From assembly GCA_964465995.1 (NCBI GenBank), contig CAYXLV010000001.1, positions 1 through 31,589 on the forward strand: a stretch of DNA of 31,589 nt, given 5' to 3'. Under the pieces are notes generated by a model. The model searched no databases and was not told the origin of the DNA. It saw nothing but the letters and a program-made list of their open reading frames with translations. This document shows positions 1-8,994 of this stretch, piece by piece. The position numbers and the translations under genes are program-made. The DNA is from an uncultured Coxiellaceae bacterium. Lineage in GTDB: Bacteria; Pseudomonadota; Gammaproteobacteria; Coxiellales; Coxiellaceae. Each line of letters opens with the position of its first letter. Positions within the stretch are counted from its first letter, which is position 1.

Positions 1-76
1 GATTTTTTATGTTTGAAATAAAATAAAGTCAGTGGTGAAAACATTGCTATCGCAATAAATACAATCGCAAATAATT

Positions 77-101
77 TCCCCCGCGATGGCGGGGGATTTT
101 T
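77..101 (+). terminator. Rho-independent terminator-like hairpin, possibly bidirectional
   Basis: Stem TCCCCCGC (77-84), loop GATG, stem GCGGGGGA (89-96), then TTTTT (97-101). On the minus strand it is followed by AATTATTT and lies about 90 bp past the stop of 189..2192. Confidence 0.65.
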
Positions 102-188
102 CGGTGATTTTTGATGTGCGTAGTCTTTAACCATGGCGGCTATTATCACCTTTTCCTTTTTGAAAATCCATGATTGTTACGGCTTTAA

Positions 189-2192
189 TTAGGGAAAAAT
201 CACCATTGGTGGGTTGTCTGGTTTTGTTTGATTTGGCGTTTGATGCTGAGGCTTTGGTTTGGGTGGTGGTGTTTGGTGTTGTGTTTTTGTTTTAGGTGCG
301 TGTTTCGATTGTTTGTGATGAGTGTCTGATTGTGGTTGTGTGGGTGTTTGATGCTGGCCGCTGGTTGGTGATGGTTGCGCCGGTGCCGGTTGAGTGTTGA
401 GTTCAGGAGGCGGCGGTGGTGTTTGATTATGCGTGTCAGGTGCGGGCGCTTGATCTGGTGTGTCAGGCGCTGGTGGTGTTTGATCTGGTGCGCTAGGTGC
501 TGGCGGTGGTGTTGGCGCTTGATCTGGTGCATTAGGTGCCGGCGGTGGTGTTGGCGCTTGGTCTTGTGCATTAGGTGCCGGCGGTGGTGTTGGTGCTTGA
601 TCTGGTGCATTAGGTGCCGGTGGTGGTGTTGGTGCTTGATCTGGTGCATTAGATGTTGGCGGTGATGCTGGTGCTTGGTCTGGTGCATTAGATGCTGGCG
701 GTGATGTTGGCGCTTGGTCTTGCGTATTAGGTGCCGGTGGAGGAGGTGTTGCTTGGTCCTGCGCGTTGGGTTCCGTTACCGCGGGAGTCTGCTGCTGCGG
801 TGCTTGTCCATTCGGTGCAGTGGGTGTGGTTTCTGGTGTTGGGTTGGGTAAAAGTGTTTGTTTTGGATAGGGCTCAAAAGACGGCGGTTTATCGTTAATT
901 AACATTTGCCCATTTTTAAAAGTCATTTTCATAACCAGGTTATCGCCGTCTGGTACTAACTTCTCATTCTTTAACCAAAACTTAATTTGTAATTCAGCCA
1001 TTTGCTCAGGCGTTAAATTGTCGGTGCCAGGCACATGACCGTTATTTTTACGCTTCTCATAAAAGTCGGTCAGCTGTTGCAACAACCATTGATGCGGCAC
1101 GGTTAAATTAGCTTTAGCCGTAGTATTTTTGGTTAGCAAGCTCATGCTGGGTTTGCCATTCTGGTTCGGTATATTGATAAACGCATCAAAAACAACTCGG
1201 CCATCATCCGTGCGAATCGTGAATTGATTAACGTCAATGCGTAACACTTTGCTGACTAATTGAAGTAGCGGGCTGTAAAGCTTGGCGATTTGTTGAGGGT
1301 TAGTCGACTGGTCGGCTGAGGTCTTGGCGGCATCACCGGTGAGTTGTTTTAATGCAACCGTGTCTAAGCCTTTAATAGACACATCAAGTACAATCGGTCC
1401 GATATTCATCGAATCGCTTTTAATGGTTTTCGTGTTGTAAGTAAAAAAGAGATTGGTTTTTTGCGCCTGTTGATTTTGCTTTGCATTAATTGCTACATCG
1501 TTAATGCTAATCGTGTCGTTTTTCAGCTGCGCCGTAATATTATTAATAGTTAAAGTGCGTTGACCAAACCAAACAGTATCATCTTGAACGTAATTGGCAT
1601 CACTTTTTAGCTGATTCAGCGACACTGTAAAACTCGGTGTTTGTAAAGAAGCCGATTCAAGCAGCACATTAAAAACCACTTTATGTGAGTCCACGCCATA
1701 GCTCATGTTGCCACTTAATCCTTTCAGGGTGAACGTCATGTTGCCATTTTTAAAGTGGATATCTTCTGACTGAAAGTGGTTCTTTAACACATTATCCATC
1801 GTCCAAACGGTTTTAGAATGAAAGCGTATCCCATTGTCATCAATTTTGTTTTGGATAAGAGCGCGCGCAAATAACAGCGAGGTTTTACCATTTTTGCTTT
1901 TAGCGATAATAAAAGGACCGTGTTGAATATGCTCTGTGACCACAAAGCTCATCCCTTTGGTTTTGTCTTGTTCAACTTGGGAGCCCAGATGAATCCGAAC
2001 TTTGGCGGTTGAGTCAAACCAGCCGCGATGAAAACTAATCAGCTTAGCTTTAATATCATTGGTTTGAGAAAGGTCTTTTAGAACACCTTGGTATTGGTCT
2101 TTGATCATAAAACCCATACCAAAGGGTAATCCGAATACGACTAGTAAGCCGAGAACGATCACAATCGATAATGTAATGGTTAGTTTGCGCAT
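189..2192 (-). CDS. YdgA/DUF945-family membrane-anchored protein with a Pro/Gln-rich C-terminal extension
   Basis: N-terminal TM anchor followed by PFGMG; motifs 'FHRGWFDSTA', 'EHIQHGPF' and 'FKNGQMLIND' resemble YdgA/DUF945. The last ~220 aa are low-complexity P/Q/T/A. Confidence 0.75.
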   Translation of the reverse strand: MRKLTITLSIVIVLGLLVVFGLPFGMGFMIKDQYQGVLKDLSQTNDIKAKLISFHRGWFDSTAKVRIHLGSQVEQDKTKGMSFVVTEHIQHGPFIIAKSKNGKTSLLFARALIQNKIDDNGIRFHSKTVWTMDNVLKNHFQSEDIHFKNGNMTFTLKGLSGNMSYGVDSHKVVFNVLLESASLQTPSFTVSLNQLKSDANYVQDDTVWFGQRTLTINNITAQLKNDTISINDVAINAKQNQQAQKTNLFFTYNTKTIKSDSMNIGPIVLDVSIKGLDTVALKQLTGDAAKTSADQSTNPQQIAKLYSPLLQLVSKVLRIDVNQFTIRTDDGRVVFDAFINIPNQNGKPSMSLLTKNTTAKANLTVPHQWLLQQLTDFYEKRKNNGHVPGTDNLTPEQMAELQIKFWLKNEKLVPDGDNLVMKMTFKNGQMLINDKPPSFEPYPKQTLLPNPTPETTPTAPNGQAPQQQTPAVTEPNAQDQATPPPPAPNTQDQAPTSPPASNAPDQAPASPPTSNAPDQAPTPPPAPNAPDQAPTPPPAPNAQDQAPTPPPAPNAPDQAPTPPPAPSAPDQTPPAPDTPDQAPAPDTHNQTPPPPPELNTQPAPAQPSPTSGQHQTPTQPQSDTHHKQSKHAPKTKTQHQTPPPKPKPQHQTPNQTKPDNPPMVIFP
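411..767 (-). repeat. Intragenic 39-bp (13-aa) tandem repeat, consensus NAPDQAPTPPPAP
   Basis: Unit-initial codons at 767, 728, 689, 650, 611, 572, 533 and 494 (exact 39-bp period): seven full units, then three shortened or degenerate units. Confidence 0.95.
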
Positions 2193-2225
2193 AACCTGCT
2201 CCTATTTATCAATAGAGGCAGAGGG

Positions 2226-3986
2226 CTACATTGATTGCGGTGCAGAGAGTCCGAGTAGCTTAAGTCCTTTTGCAATGACAATTTGCACGGCTTTAATTAA
2301 GCACAATCTCGCGTTGCGTAGATTGGATTCCTCCACCAAGAATTTACTAGCATTATAGTAGCTATGAAAATGGTTGGCGCAGTCCTGTAAATAGTGGCAA
2401 ATCAGGTGAGGTTCGTAATTTTTAGCCGCATTGGTAACGATTTCTGGTAATTTTGCGATATGAGACATTAGGTTTTTTTCATAGTCTGAGCGCAATTGCT
2501 CAAGATTGGTCAGGCCTTCGGCTTGGTCCAATGACCAGTCGCTTTGTTCGAGTTGGCGCCACACACTGCAGATACGGGCATGTGCATACTGTATGTAGTA
2601 AACCGGGTTTTCATTAGACTGAGAGGTGGCAAGATCCAAATCGAAGTCAAGATGTTGTTCTGGGCGGCGCATCACATAAAAGAAGCGCGTTGCATCGTTA
2701 CCCACTTCATCACGCAGACTGCGCAAAGAAACAAACTCACCCGACCGTGTCGACATCGCTACCTTCTCGCCCCCGCGATAAAGGGCAGCAAACTGCACCA
2801 TTAAGACACGCAACTTTGCAGGATCTTTACCTAACCCTTTGAGATAAGAACGAATTCTTGGAATATAACCATGGTGATCAGAACCAAATATATCGATCAC
2901 ATGATCATAGCCATCATTATATTTGTGCAAGTGGTAAGCCACATCGGAAGCAAAGTAGGTGGTTTGGCCATTGGAGCGAACCAGGACGCGGTCTTTCTCA
3001 TCGCCAAGCTCCATGGCACGAAACCAAATGGCGCCTTGTTGCTCATAGGTATAGCCGTGGCTTTTCAGCAGATTAATACCTTCTTCAAGCAACCCGGTAT
3101 CGACCAGTTGGCTCTCATAAAACCAGTTATCAAACACAACGCCAAACTCGGATAAGTCATCTTTAATATCAGCCAAGATACTGTCCAATCCAAACCGAAG
3201 TATGGTTTTGACCTGGTCAGGGCCAATAAAGTCAGACATGGCGCTAATCAGTTTATCAAGATTGCGATCGGCTTCTTCCTTAGCGTTGAGGTCTTTGGGA
3301 TAAGCATTAGTCAGTTGGGTTTGGTCAGCGACAAATTTTTCCCCATTCTGCTCAATAAGCGCTTTAGCGATATCGATCACATAGTCACCTTGATAGGCTT
3401 TTTCGGGGAAGATGATATCCATTCCGAGCTGTTGGCAATAGCGCAGCCAAATACTGAGCGCTAGGATATGCATTTGGCGGCCTGCATCGTTCACATAATA
3501 TTCAGAGTGCACTTGGTAGCCAACGCTTTTTAAGATCGTCGCCAAGCAAGCCCCATAAGCGGCGCCACGTCCATGGCCAATATGCAGCGGTCCTGTTGGA
3601 TTCGCAGAAACAAATTCGAGGTGGATACGCTCACCTTGCCCAATATTCGTAAAACCAAAGTTAGCCTCATCGTTCAGGATCTTGCTGACAACTTCTTGGA
3701 AAGCATCATCATTTAACCAGAAGTTAATAAAGCCTGGGCCGGCGATTTCGGTCTTTTTAATTGCATTGGTTGCCGGTAGGGCATCGACAATTTTTTGGGC
3801 TAATTCACGGGGATTGGTTTTGGCAGGTTTGGCTAGTGTTAAGGCAATATTGGTTGCAAGGTCACCAAATTTCTTATCTTTGGTGTGATCTATTTGAATA
3901 GACAGTGAATCAATCGCGGGCAACACGCCGTCTTGTTGAAGTTGATCGACTGCGCTTTGCAGCGCATCTTGCAAGATGGTTTTCAT
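2226..3986 (-). CDS. argS: Arginine--tRNA ligase
   Basis: 'EFVSANPTGPLHIGHGR' HIGH motif, 'GPGFINF', 'MSTRSGEFV', 'YYIQYAHARI' anticodon domain; 586 aa. Confidence 0.98.
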   Translation of the reverse strand: MKTILQDALQSAVDQLQQDGVLPAIDSLSIQIDHTKDKKFGDLATNIALTLAKPAKTNPRELAQKIVDALPATNAIKKTEIAGPGFINFWLNDDAFQEVVSKILNDEANFGFTNIGQGERIHLEFVSANPTGPLHIGHGRGAAYGACLATILKSVGYQVHSEYYVNDAGRQMHILALSIWLRYCQQLGMDIIFPEKAYQGDYVIDIAKALIEQNGEKFVADQTQLTNAYPKDLNAKEEADRNLDKLISAMSDFIGPDQVKTILRFGLDSILADIKDDLSEFGVVFDNWFYESQLVDTGLLEEGINLLKSHGYTYEQQGAIWFRAMELGDEKDRVLVRSNGQTTYFASDVAYHLHKYNDGYDHVIDIFGSDHHGYIPRIRSYLKGLGKDPAKLRVLMVQFAALYRGGEKVAMSTRSGEFVSLRSLRDEVGNDATRFFYVMRRPEQHLDFDLDLATSQSNENPVYYIQYAHARICSVWRQLEQSDWSLDQAEGLTNLEQLRSDYEKNLMSHIAKLPEIVTNAAKNYEPHLICHYLQDCANHFHSYYNASKFLVEESNLRNARLCLIKAVQIVIAKGLKLLGLSAPQSM

Positions 3987-4033
3987 AAAGACTTTATCCT
4001 ATTGGCCACAGCCACTTTGCTAAAAGGGCTCAC

Positions 4034-4063
4034 AGTATAGGTCAACTCGATCAGCATTCTCAA
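4034..4063 (-). promoter_or_regulatory. Putative sigma70 promoter for argS
   Basis: Minus strand TTGAGA (4063-4058), 18 bp, TATACT (4039-4034), about 48 bp upstream of the argS ATG. Motif match only. Confidence 0.4.
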
Positions 4064-4094
4064 GCACGCTAGCTCAGCACCGAGTATCGGTAGG

Positions 4095-4181
4095 GTTTCA
4101 ATTACCAATGGAAGCTTTTGCTAATAACTTTCCATTGCTAATGGAAACATGCTAGCATAAGTTTCCATTGACAATAGAAAC
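4095..4181. repeat. Three 21-bp imperfect palindromes at exact 33-bp period, consensus GTTTCCATTGNCAATGGAAAC
   Basis: 4095 GTTTCAATTACCAATGGAAGC; 4128 CTTTCCATTGCTAATGGAAAC; 4161 GTTTCCATTGACAATAGAAAC; 12-bp spacers. Confidence 0.9.
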
Positions 4182-4189
4182 CTTAGGTA

Positions 4190-5476
4190 ATGGATAAGCA
4201 GGTCATAAAAGCAGTCATCTTAGATCAACGTAAGCTAGGCGCACTCGCTAAGGTGGTGCCACGTAAAATATTTGCTGATTTAAATCGGTTAAAAAAATCA
4301 AAGCAGGTCATCATTGTTTCTGGCATTAGGCGCTGTGGTAAGTCGGTAGTGCTGTGGTTATTAAGGAAGGATGCTAAAGAGCAAGATTATTATATTAATT
4401 TTGATGATGACCGCTTAGTCAATTTCAAAGTTGAAGACTTTCAAGTGCTTTATGAGCTACTGGTAGAAATGTATGGCCCACAAGATACCTTTTATTTTGA
4501 TGAAATTCAGAACATTGAAAATTGGGAGCGCTTTATCCGACGTTTGCATGAACAGGGGAAAAAAGTATATATCACAGGATCAAATGCTTCGATGTTAAGT
4601 GTGGAGTTAGGGACTCATTTAACAGGGCGCAATATTGAAATTAATTTATACCCATATTCTTTTCGTGAATACCTAGCGACGAAGGGAAAAATAGATGTAG
4701 AAATAACCTCATTAAATACAGTCGAGAGAGGAGTTTTAAAATCCATATTTAATGAATTTCTGGAAGAAGGTGGGTTGCCAGAATATATTGATACGAAGCA
4801 ATCTGAGTATCTGCACAGCCTTTATCAAAACATCTTATACCGCGATATTATTGTCCGTCACAATATTACTAATCATCATGCCATTAGAGAGCTGGTATAC
4901 TACCTTGCGAGTAATATTGGCAAAGAGTGTTCCTTTAATTCATTAAAAAATATGCTGGGTTTAGCCAGTGCAACCACGGTTTCTGAATACTGCCGCTATC
5001 TGGAAGATAGCTTTTTATGTTTCTTTATTAATCGCTATGATTATTCTTTAAAAAAACAAATTCAAAGCCCTAAAAAAGTTTATTTTATTGATCAGGCGTT
5101 AGCAGTTGCTGTAGGTTTTCGCTTTGATTCAGACCTAGGCCGGTTGCTGGAAAACGTCGTATTTCTAGAATTAAAGCGCCGTGGCCATTCGATTTATTAC
5201 CACCAGGGTGAGAAAGAGTGTGATTTTGTTTTAAGGGAAGGAACAAAGGTCTTCGCGGCAATTCAAGTGACGGCTTCATTAACGGATCCAAATACCCGAG
5301 AACGAGAAATAGCTGGTTTAATGGATGCAATGCAAGCATATCAATTGAGTTCAGGGACAATATTAACGAGTGATACCTTTGCTGAAGAAGAGGTGATTAA
5401 GGATAATATCACTTACAAAGTTCATATTCTTCCCATCTGGTTTTGGCTGCTGCAAGCATCGCACAATAATATTTAA
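4190..5476 (+). CDS. AAA_14 ATPase with C-terminal DUF4143 (PD-(D/E)xK-like) domain
   Basis: Walker A GIRRCGKS, Walker B FYFDE, 'ITGSNAS', 'GGLPE', 'KKVYFIDQAL', 'GRLLENVVFLEL', 'ECDFV...AIQV'; visibly more AT-rich than its flanks. Confidence 0.88.
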   Translation: MDKQVIKAVILDQRKLGALAKVVPRKIFADLNRLKKSKQVIIVSGIRRCGKSVVLWLLRKDAKEQDYYINFDDDRLVNFKVEDFQVLYELLVEMYGPQDTFYFDEIQNIENWERFIRRLHEQGKKVYITGSNASMLSVELGTHLTGRNIEINLYPYSFREYLATKGKIDVEITSLNTVERGVLKSIFNEFLEEGGLPEYIDTKQSEYLHSLYQNILYRDIIVRHNITNHHAIRELVYYLASNIGKECSFNSLKNMLGLASATTVSEYCRYLEDSFLCFFINRYDYSLKKQIQSPKKVYFIDQALAVAVGFRFDSDLGRLLENVVFLELKRRGHSIYYHQGEKECDFVLREGTKVFAAIQVTASLTDPNTREREIAGLMDAMQAYQLSSGTILTSDTFAEEEVIKDNITYKVHILPIWFWLLQASHNNI

Positions 5477-5524
5477 TACTGCCTTAAGCTACTTTTATGC
5501 CATCTTTTGATATACTGGCGCCCC

Positions 5525-6241
5525 ATGAGTACTCAAAATATTTTAATCGTTGATGATGATAAAGGCATCCGTGACCTGCTAGGTAAGTTTTTACAGCAGC
5601 ACGGCTATCAAACCACCTTAGCCCAAGATGGCGCTGCGATGAAACTATTGCTGCTTGAACAGCAATTCGACTTAATTATTTTAGATATCATGATGCCAGG
5701 TGATGATGGCATGTCACTTTGCCGGCAATTACGTGCCTCCTCATCCGTGCCAATTATTATGCTCACAGCGATCAGTGAAGATGTAGAGCGTATCTTAGGG
5801 TTAGAAATGGGGGCGGATGACTACTTGAGCAAACCGTTTAATCCTCGAGAACTTTTAGCCCGCATCAAAGCCATCCTCCGCCGCAGTCAAGCCCAAGTCC
5901 CCAATGAAACGCCAGAAGATTATCAAACCTATCAATTTGCCAATTGGACCTTAGATAAAATTTCACGCCGCTTGGTGTCACCTGAGCAACTTGAAATCAG
6001 TTTAAGCAGCGGTGAATACAATTTGCTATTAGCATTTGTTGAACGCCCGCAACAAGTATTGAGTCGCGATCAATTATTAGACCTCACCAAAAACCGCACC
6101 GCTGGACCGTTTGATCGCAGTATTGATATTCAAATTAGCCGCCTGCGTCACAAGCTCGAAGAAGACCCTAAAAATCCAACCATTATTAAAACCGTTCGCG
6201 GTGGTGGTTATGTATTAGCAACGGCAGTAGAAAAAAGTTAA
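5525..6241 (+). CDS. OmpR-family response regulator
   Basis: Receiver 'ILIVDDD', 'LIILDIMMPG', 'DDYLSKPF'; winged helix 'DRSIDIQISRLRHKLE...TVRGGGY'. Start moved from 5507 to the ATG at 5525. Confidence 0.93.
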   Translation: MSTQNILIVDDDKGIRDLLGKFLQQHGYQTTLAQDGAAMKLLLLEQQFDLIILDIMMPGDDGMSLCRQLRASSSVPIIMLTAISEDVERILGLEMGADDYLSKPFNPRELLARIKAILRRSQAQVPNETPEDYQTYQFANWTLDKISRRLVSPEQLEISLSSGEYNLLLAFVERPQQVLSRDQLLDLTKNRTAGPFDRSIDIQISRLRHKLEEDPKNPTIIKTVRGGGYVLATAVEKS

Positions 6242-6260
6242 TAACCCTGTGGGGCGAACT

Positions 6261-7538
6261 ATGATTAAAATTAAGCGTTTTTTTCGAACCTTTTTCCAAG
6301 AGATTAATAGTAAGCTCGTACTCACAGTGCTATCACTAATGGTGGTGGTGCATGCAGGGATTATGCTGTACTTCGTGCAAGATAATCGAATCATCCGCCA
6401 GGCCGCGTTGCGCGATGAAGTGATTCAAAAAATTATTAACACTATCTACTTGGTTGAAGCAACGCCGATCGGTAATCGCAAACACGCCGTTTCTGCTATT
6501 GAAGATCCAGTCATCCATGTCTCTTTCACCAAAACTCCAAAATGGGATTTACGCTTTAGCAAAATTTCGTTTTGGGATATCAGTAAGGCACTGCGCGATA
6601 AACTGTATTCCTTCGCCGTTTCCATTCAGCTTGATAAAGAACAATGGCTCAATTTAAATGCCACAATTTACACGCGCGTCCTTTCAAAGCAATTGATTTT
6701 TATTGGGTTCGAGCTATTAGTTTTCCTCACTATTTTAATTTCTGCCTGGTCAATTAACCGTTTTCGCTCGCCGTTGGAAAACTTTAAGCAAGCAGCGGAA
6801 CGTTTGGGTATCGATTTGCATACCAAGCCGCTGGATATCTACGGCCCCAAAGTCGTGCGTGAAGCTGCAGGCGCCATTAACCAAATGCAAAAACGCATCC
6901 AAGATTTAATTCGCGATCGCACCCAAATGCTAGCGGCCATTTCTCATGATTTACGTACCCCGATCACGCGGATGAAAATACGCAGCCAGTTTCTAGATGA
7001 TCAATCCACACGCGATAGTTTTATTCACGATATCGATGAGATGGAACAAATGATCGCGGAGACAATGTCATTTGCACGCGATGATTCGTCCACCGAAAAT
7101 AAATCTAAAATTGATCTAGTGTCTTTACTGCAAGCGATTTGTGAAGATATGCAAGACATGGGACACAACGTGGTATTTATTTCTTCAAACCTGCACCGCG
7201 CACCTTTTTTTGGTAAACGCTTAGCATTAAAACGAGCATTCACTAATTTAATCGGCAATGCAGTACGCTATGCAAAAACGGTAGAAGTAAAAATCTCACA
7301 GCGCGCCAAATACTTTGTTATTAAAGTTGAAGATGATGGTCCCGGTATTCCCGAAGGTGAATTAGAACAAGTATTTGCGCCGTTTTATCGCAGTGAACAG
7401 TCACGCTCGCGTGATACCGGTGGTGTTGGTTTAGGCTTGGCGGTCACGCTAGGCATTATCAAAGCACACCAAGGCAAAATCACGTTAAAAAACCGCAAGC
7501 ATCGTGGCCTACAAGTCACCGTTGAATTACATCAATGA
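6261..7538 (+). CDS. EnvZ-like sensor histidine kinase (2 TM, HAMP, HisKA, HATPase)
   Basis: H-box 'AISHDLRTPITR', N-box 'NLIGNAVRY', 'EDDGPGI', 'GGVGLGL'; two hydrophobic segments. ATG 6261 preferred over 6249. Confidence 0.93.
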   Translation: MIKIKRFFRTFFQEINSKLVLTVLSLMVVVHAGIMLYFVQDNRIIRQAALRDEVIQKIINTIYLVEATPIGNRKHAVSAIEDPVIHVSFTKTPKWDLRFSKISFWDISKALRDKLYSFAVSIQLDKEQWLNLNATIYTRVLSKQLIFIGFELLVFLTILISAWSINRFRSPLENFKQAAERLGIDLHTKPLDIYGPKVVREAAGAINQMQKRIQDLIRDRTQMLAAISHDLRTPITRMKIRSQFLDDQSTRDSFIHDIDEMEQMIAETMSFARDDSSTENKSKIDLVSLLQAICEDMQDMGHNVVFISSNLHRAPFFGKRLALKRAFTNLIGNAVRYAKTVEVKISQRAKYFVIKVEDDGPGIPEGELEQVFAPFYRSEQSRSRDTGGVGLGLAVTLGIIKAHQGKITLKNRKHRGLQVTVELHQ

Positions 7539-7545
7539 CACACAT

Positions 7546-7572
7546 AAAAAAGCCGGCATAAACGCCGGCTTT
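7546..7572 (-). terminator. Rho-independent terminator between convergent genes
   Basis: AAAGCCGGC (7549-7557), loop, GCCGGCTTT (7564-7572); the A-run at 7546-7551 gives a U6 tail on the minus strand. Confidence 0.8.
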
Positions 7573-7591
7573 GTCAGTAAAAAATAATCAA

Positions 7592-8350
7592 TTACATTTT
7601 CGGTAAATTCCATTTGGCGCGATAGGCTTGGTATTGCGCTTTAGGCATTTGCACCAGCACAGGATTAGCACGCGGCTGTAACCAACGCATTAATCCGGCC
7701 ATTTGTTCTTTTGACATCGCTGTGCAACCCATGGTGCCTTCGTTAGGCTTTTTCCAAATATGCATAAAGATACAAGAACCAATGCCAGGCATGCGCTCAC
7801 CCATGTTGTAACCAATCACGACACCTAATTGGTATTCATGATGATCACGCATGGTTTCAGCCCGGGTCCAATCTTTATTTTTAACTTTGCTCATTTCGAC
7901 GATGCGGCCGTAGTATCTGGAATTATCATCATCCACGCAAACCGTAGAAGCTTTAATCGGTAAATAATACAGTTTCGTTGTTTTTGATTTTTTATCAGCA
8001 AAGCCAAAAGCAGGTCCTAATTCAAATACGCCAGCGGGTGCTTTTTCATCACCTTCTTTTTTGTAAGGCCCCGTGAGTTGATATTCTTTCCAGTCGCCGG
8101 CCCAGCCCATACCTTTTTTGCCCACAACAACCGTGGTCGGTTTGCCAGCTGCTTTCCAAGGTGCTGAGATATTTTGACGTGTATAGCGTTGCATCTTACC
8201 GGTTGAGGCATCCCAATTAGCAGTGGTAATAATAACGATTTGTTTGCTGTCTTTTAAAATGTAGGGTTCAGGAAGTTTGGTGGTGGCAAAGGTGGTGCAA
8301 GTGAGAAGGGTTAAAAGGGCGGTTAAGCCAGAGAGAGCGGTCCTTTTCAT
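7592..8350 (-). CDS. L,D-transpeptidase (YkuD-like) family protein, secreted
   Basis: Signal peptide MKRTALSGLTALL...; 'EGDEKAPAGVF'; catalytic 'IFMHIW...GTMGCTAM'. ATG 8350 has an AAGGA Shine-Dalgarno (ORF track start 8401). Confidence 0.85.
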   Translation of the reverse strand: MKRTALSGLTALLTLLTCTTFATTKLPEPYILKDSKQIVIITTANWDASTGKMQRYTRQNISAPWKAAGKPTTVVVGKKGMGWAGDWKEYQLTGPYKKEGDEKAPAGVFELGPAFGFADKKSKTTKLYYLPIKASTVCVDDDNSRYYGRIVEMSKVKNKDWTRAETMRDHHEYQLGVVIGYNMGERMPGIGSCIFMHIWKKPNEGTMGCTAMSKEQMAGLMRWLQPRANPVLVQMPKAQYQAYRAKWNLPKM

Positions 8351-8413
8351 AAGTGTGTCCTTTTGGTGTTTAAAGCAGGGATTATTGTACCACACCTGCA
8401 AAGCAACACCGCT

Positions 8414-8977
8414 TTAGGGACGATACACCTCACCGGTTATCGCATCACGGATCGTGGTTGGGCGTTTCAGTTTGCCAACATGACCTGGAACAATAAAATC
8501 GATGTCATTTAAAAAATTCATTTTTACCGTTTGATAATCGCTAGCCGGCGGCATGCCTTCTTTATTGGCACTAGTTGAAATAATAGGACCACCGTATTGC
8601 TGACACAGCTCACGTACAATCGGGTGATCACTCACGCGAATCGCAATGGTGTCATGATCGCCATATAGCCAAGCTGGTATATCAGGGTTAACTGGCAGCG
8701 CCCAGGTATTTGGGCCAGGCCAAGAGTCTTGAATTAACGTTAAGATCTGTGGATTGAGTGGGCGCACAAATGCTTGCGCTTGTTCCCAAGTTGCCGCGAC
8801 TAAAATAAACCCTTTGGTGATCGAGCGGCTTTTAATTTCTAAGATTTTATTCAATTCATCGAAATTATACGGATCACAACCAAAACCAAACACGGCCTCA
8901 GTGGGATAAGCAATCACATGCCCCGCTTGGAGATGGGCAACAGCTTTTGCAATATCGCGTTGGTCATAGTCTCTCAT
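8414..8977 (-). CDS. tsaC: Threonylcarbamoyl-AMP synthase (YrdC/Sua5)
   Basis: 'IAYPTEAVFGFGCDP', 'WPGPNTW', 'IAIRVS', 'ISTSAN'; located downstream of topA. Confidence 0.93.
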   Translation of the reverse strand: MRDYDQRDIAKAVAHLQAGHVIAYPTEAVFGFGCDPYNFDELNKILEIKSRSITKGFILVAATWEQAQAFVRPLNPQILTLIQDSWPGPNTWALPVNPDIPAWLYGDHDTIAIRVSDHPIVRELCQQYGGPIISTSANKEGMPPASDYQTVKMNFLNDIDFIVPGHVGKLKRPTTIRDAITGEVYRP

Positions 8978-8994
8978 TGGGCAAGCATCCTTGG

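Noticed and set aside
43-70. Palindrome ATTGC-TATC-GCAAT and repeated ATCGCAA near the window start
   Set aside because: Short, in AT-rich sequence, and its target gene is outside the window; cannot be supported.
200-688. His/Gln-rich 162-aa ORF (-) and Arg/Trp/Cys-rich 96-aa ORF 375..665 (+)
   Set aside because: Alternative-frame shadows of the 39-bp proline repeat inside 189..2192.
4095-4181. Mini-CRISPR array (repeats start GTTTC and end GAAAC)
   Set aside because: 21-bp repeats with 12-bp, mutually similar spacers are too short; no cas genes; kept only as an operator-like array.
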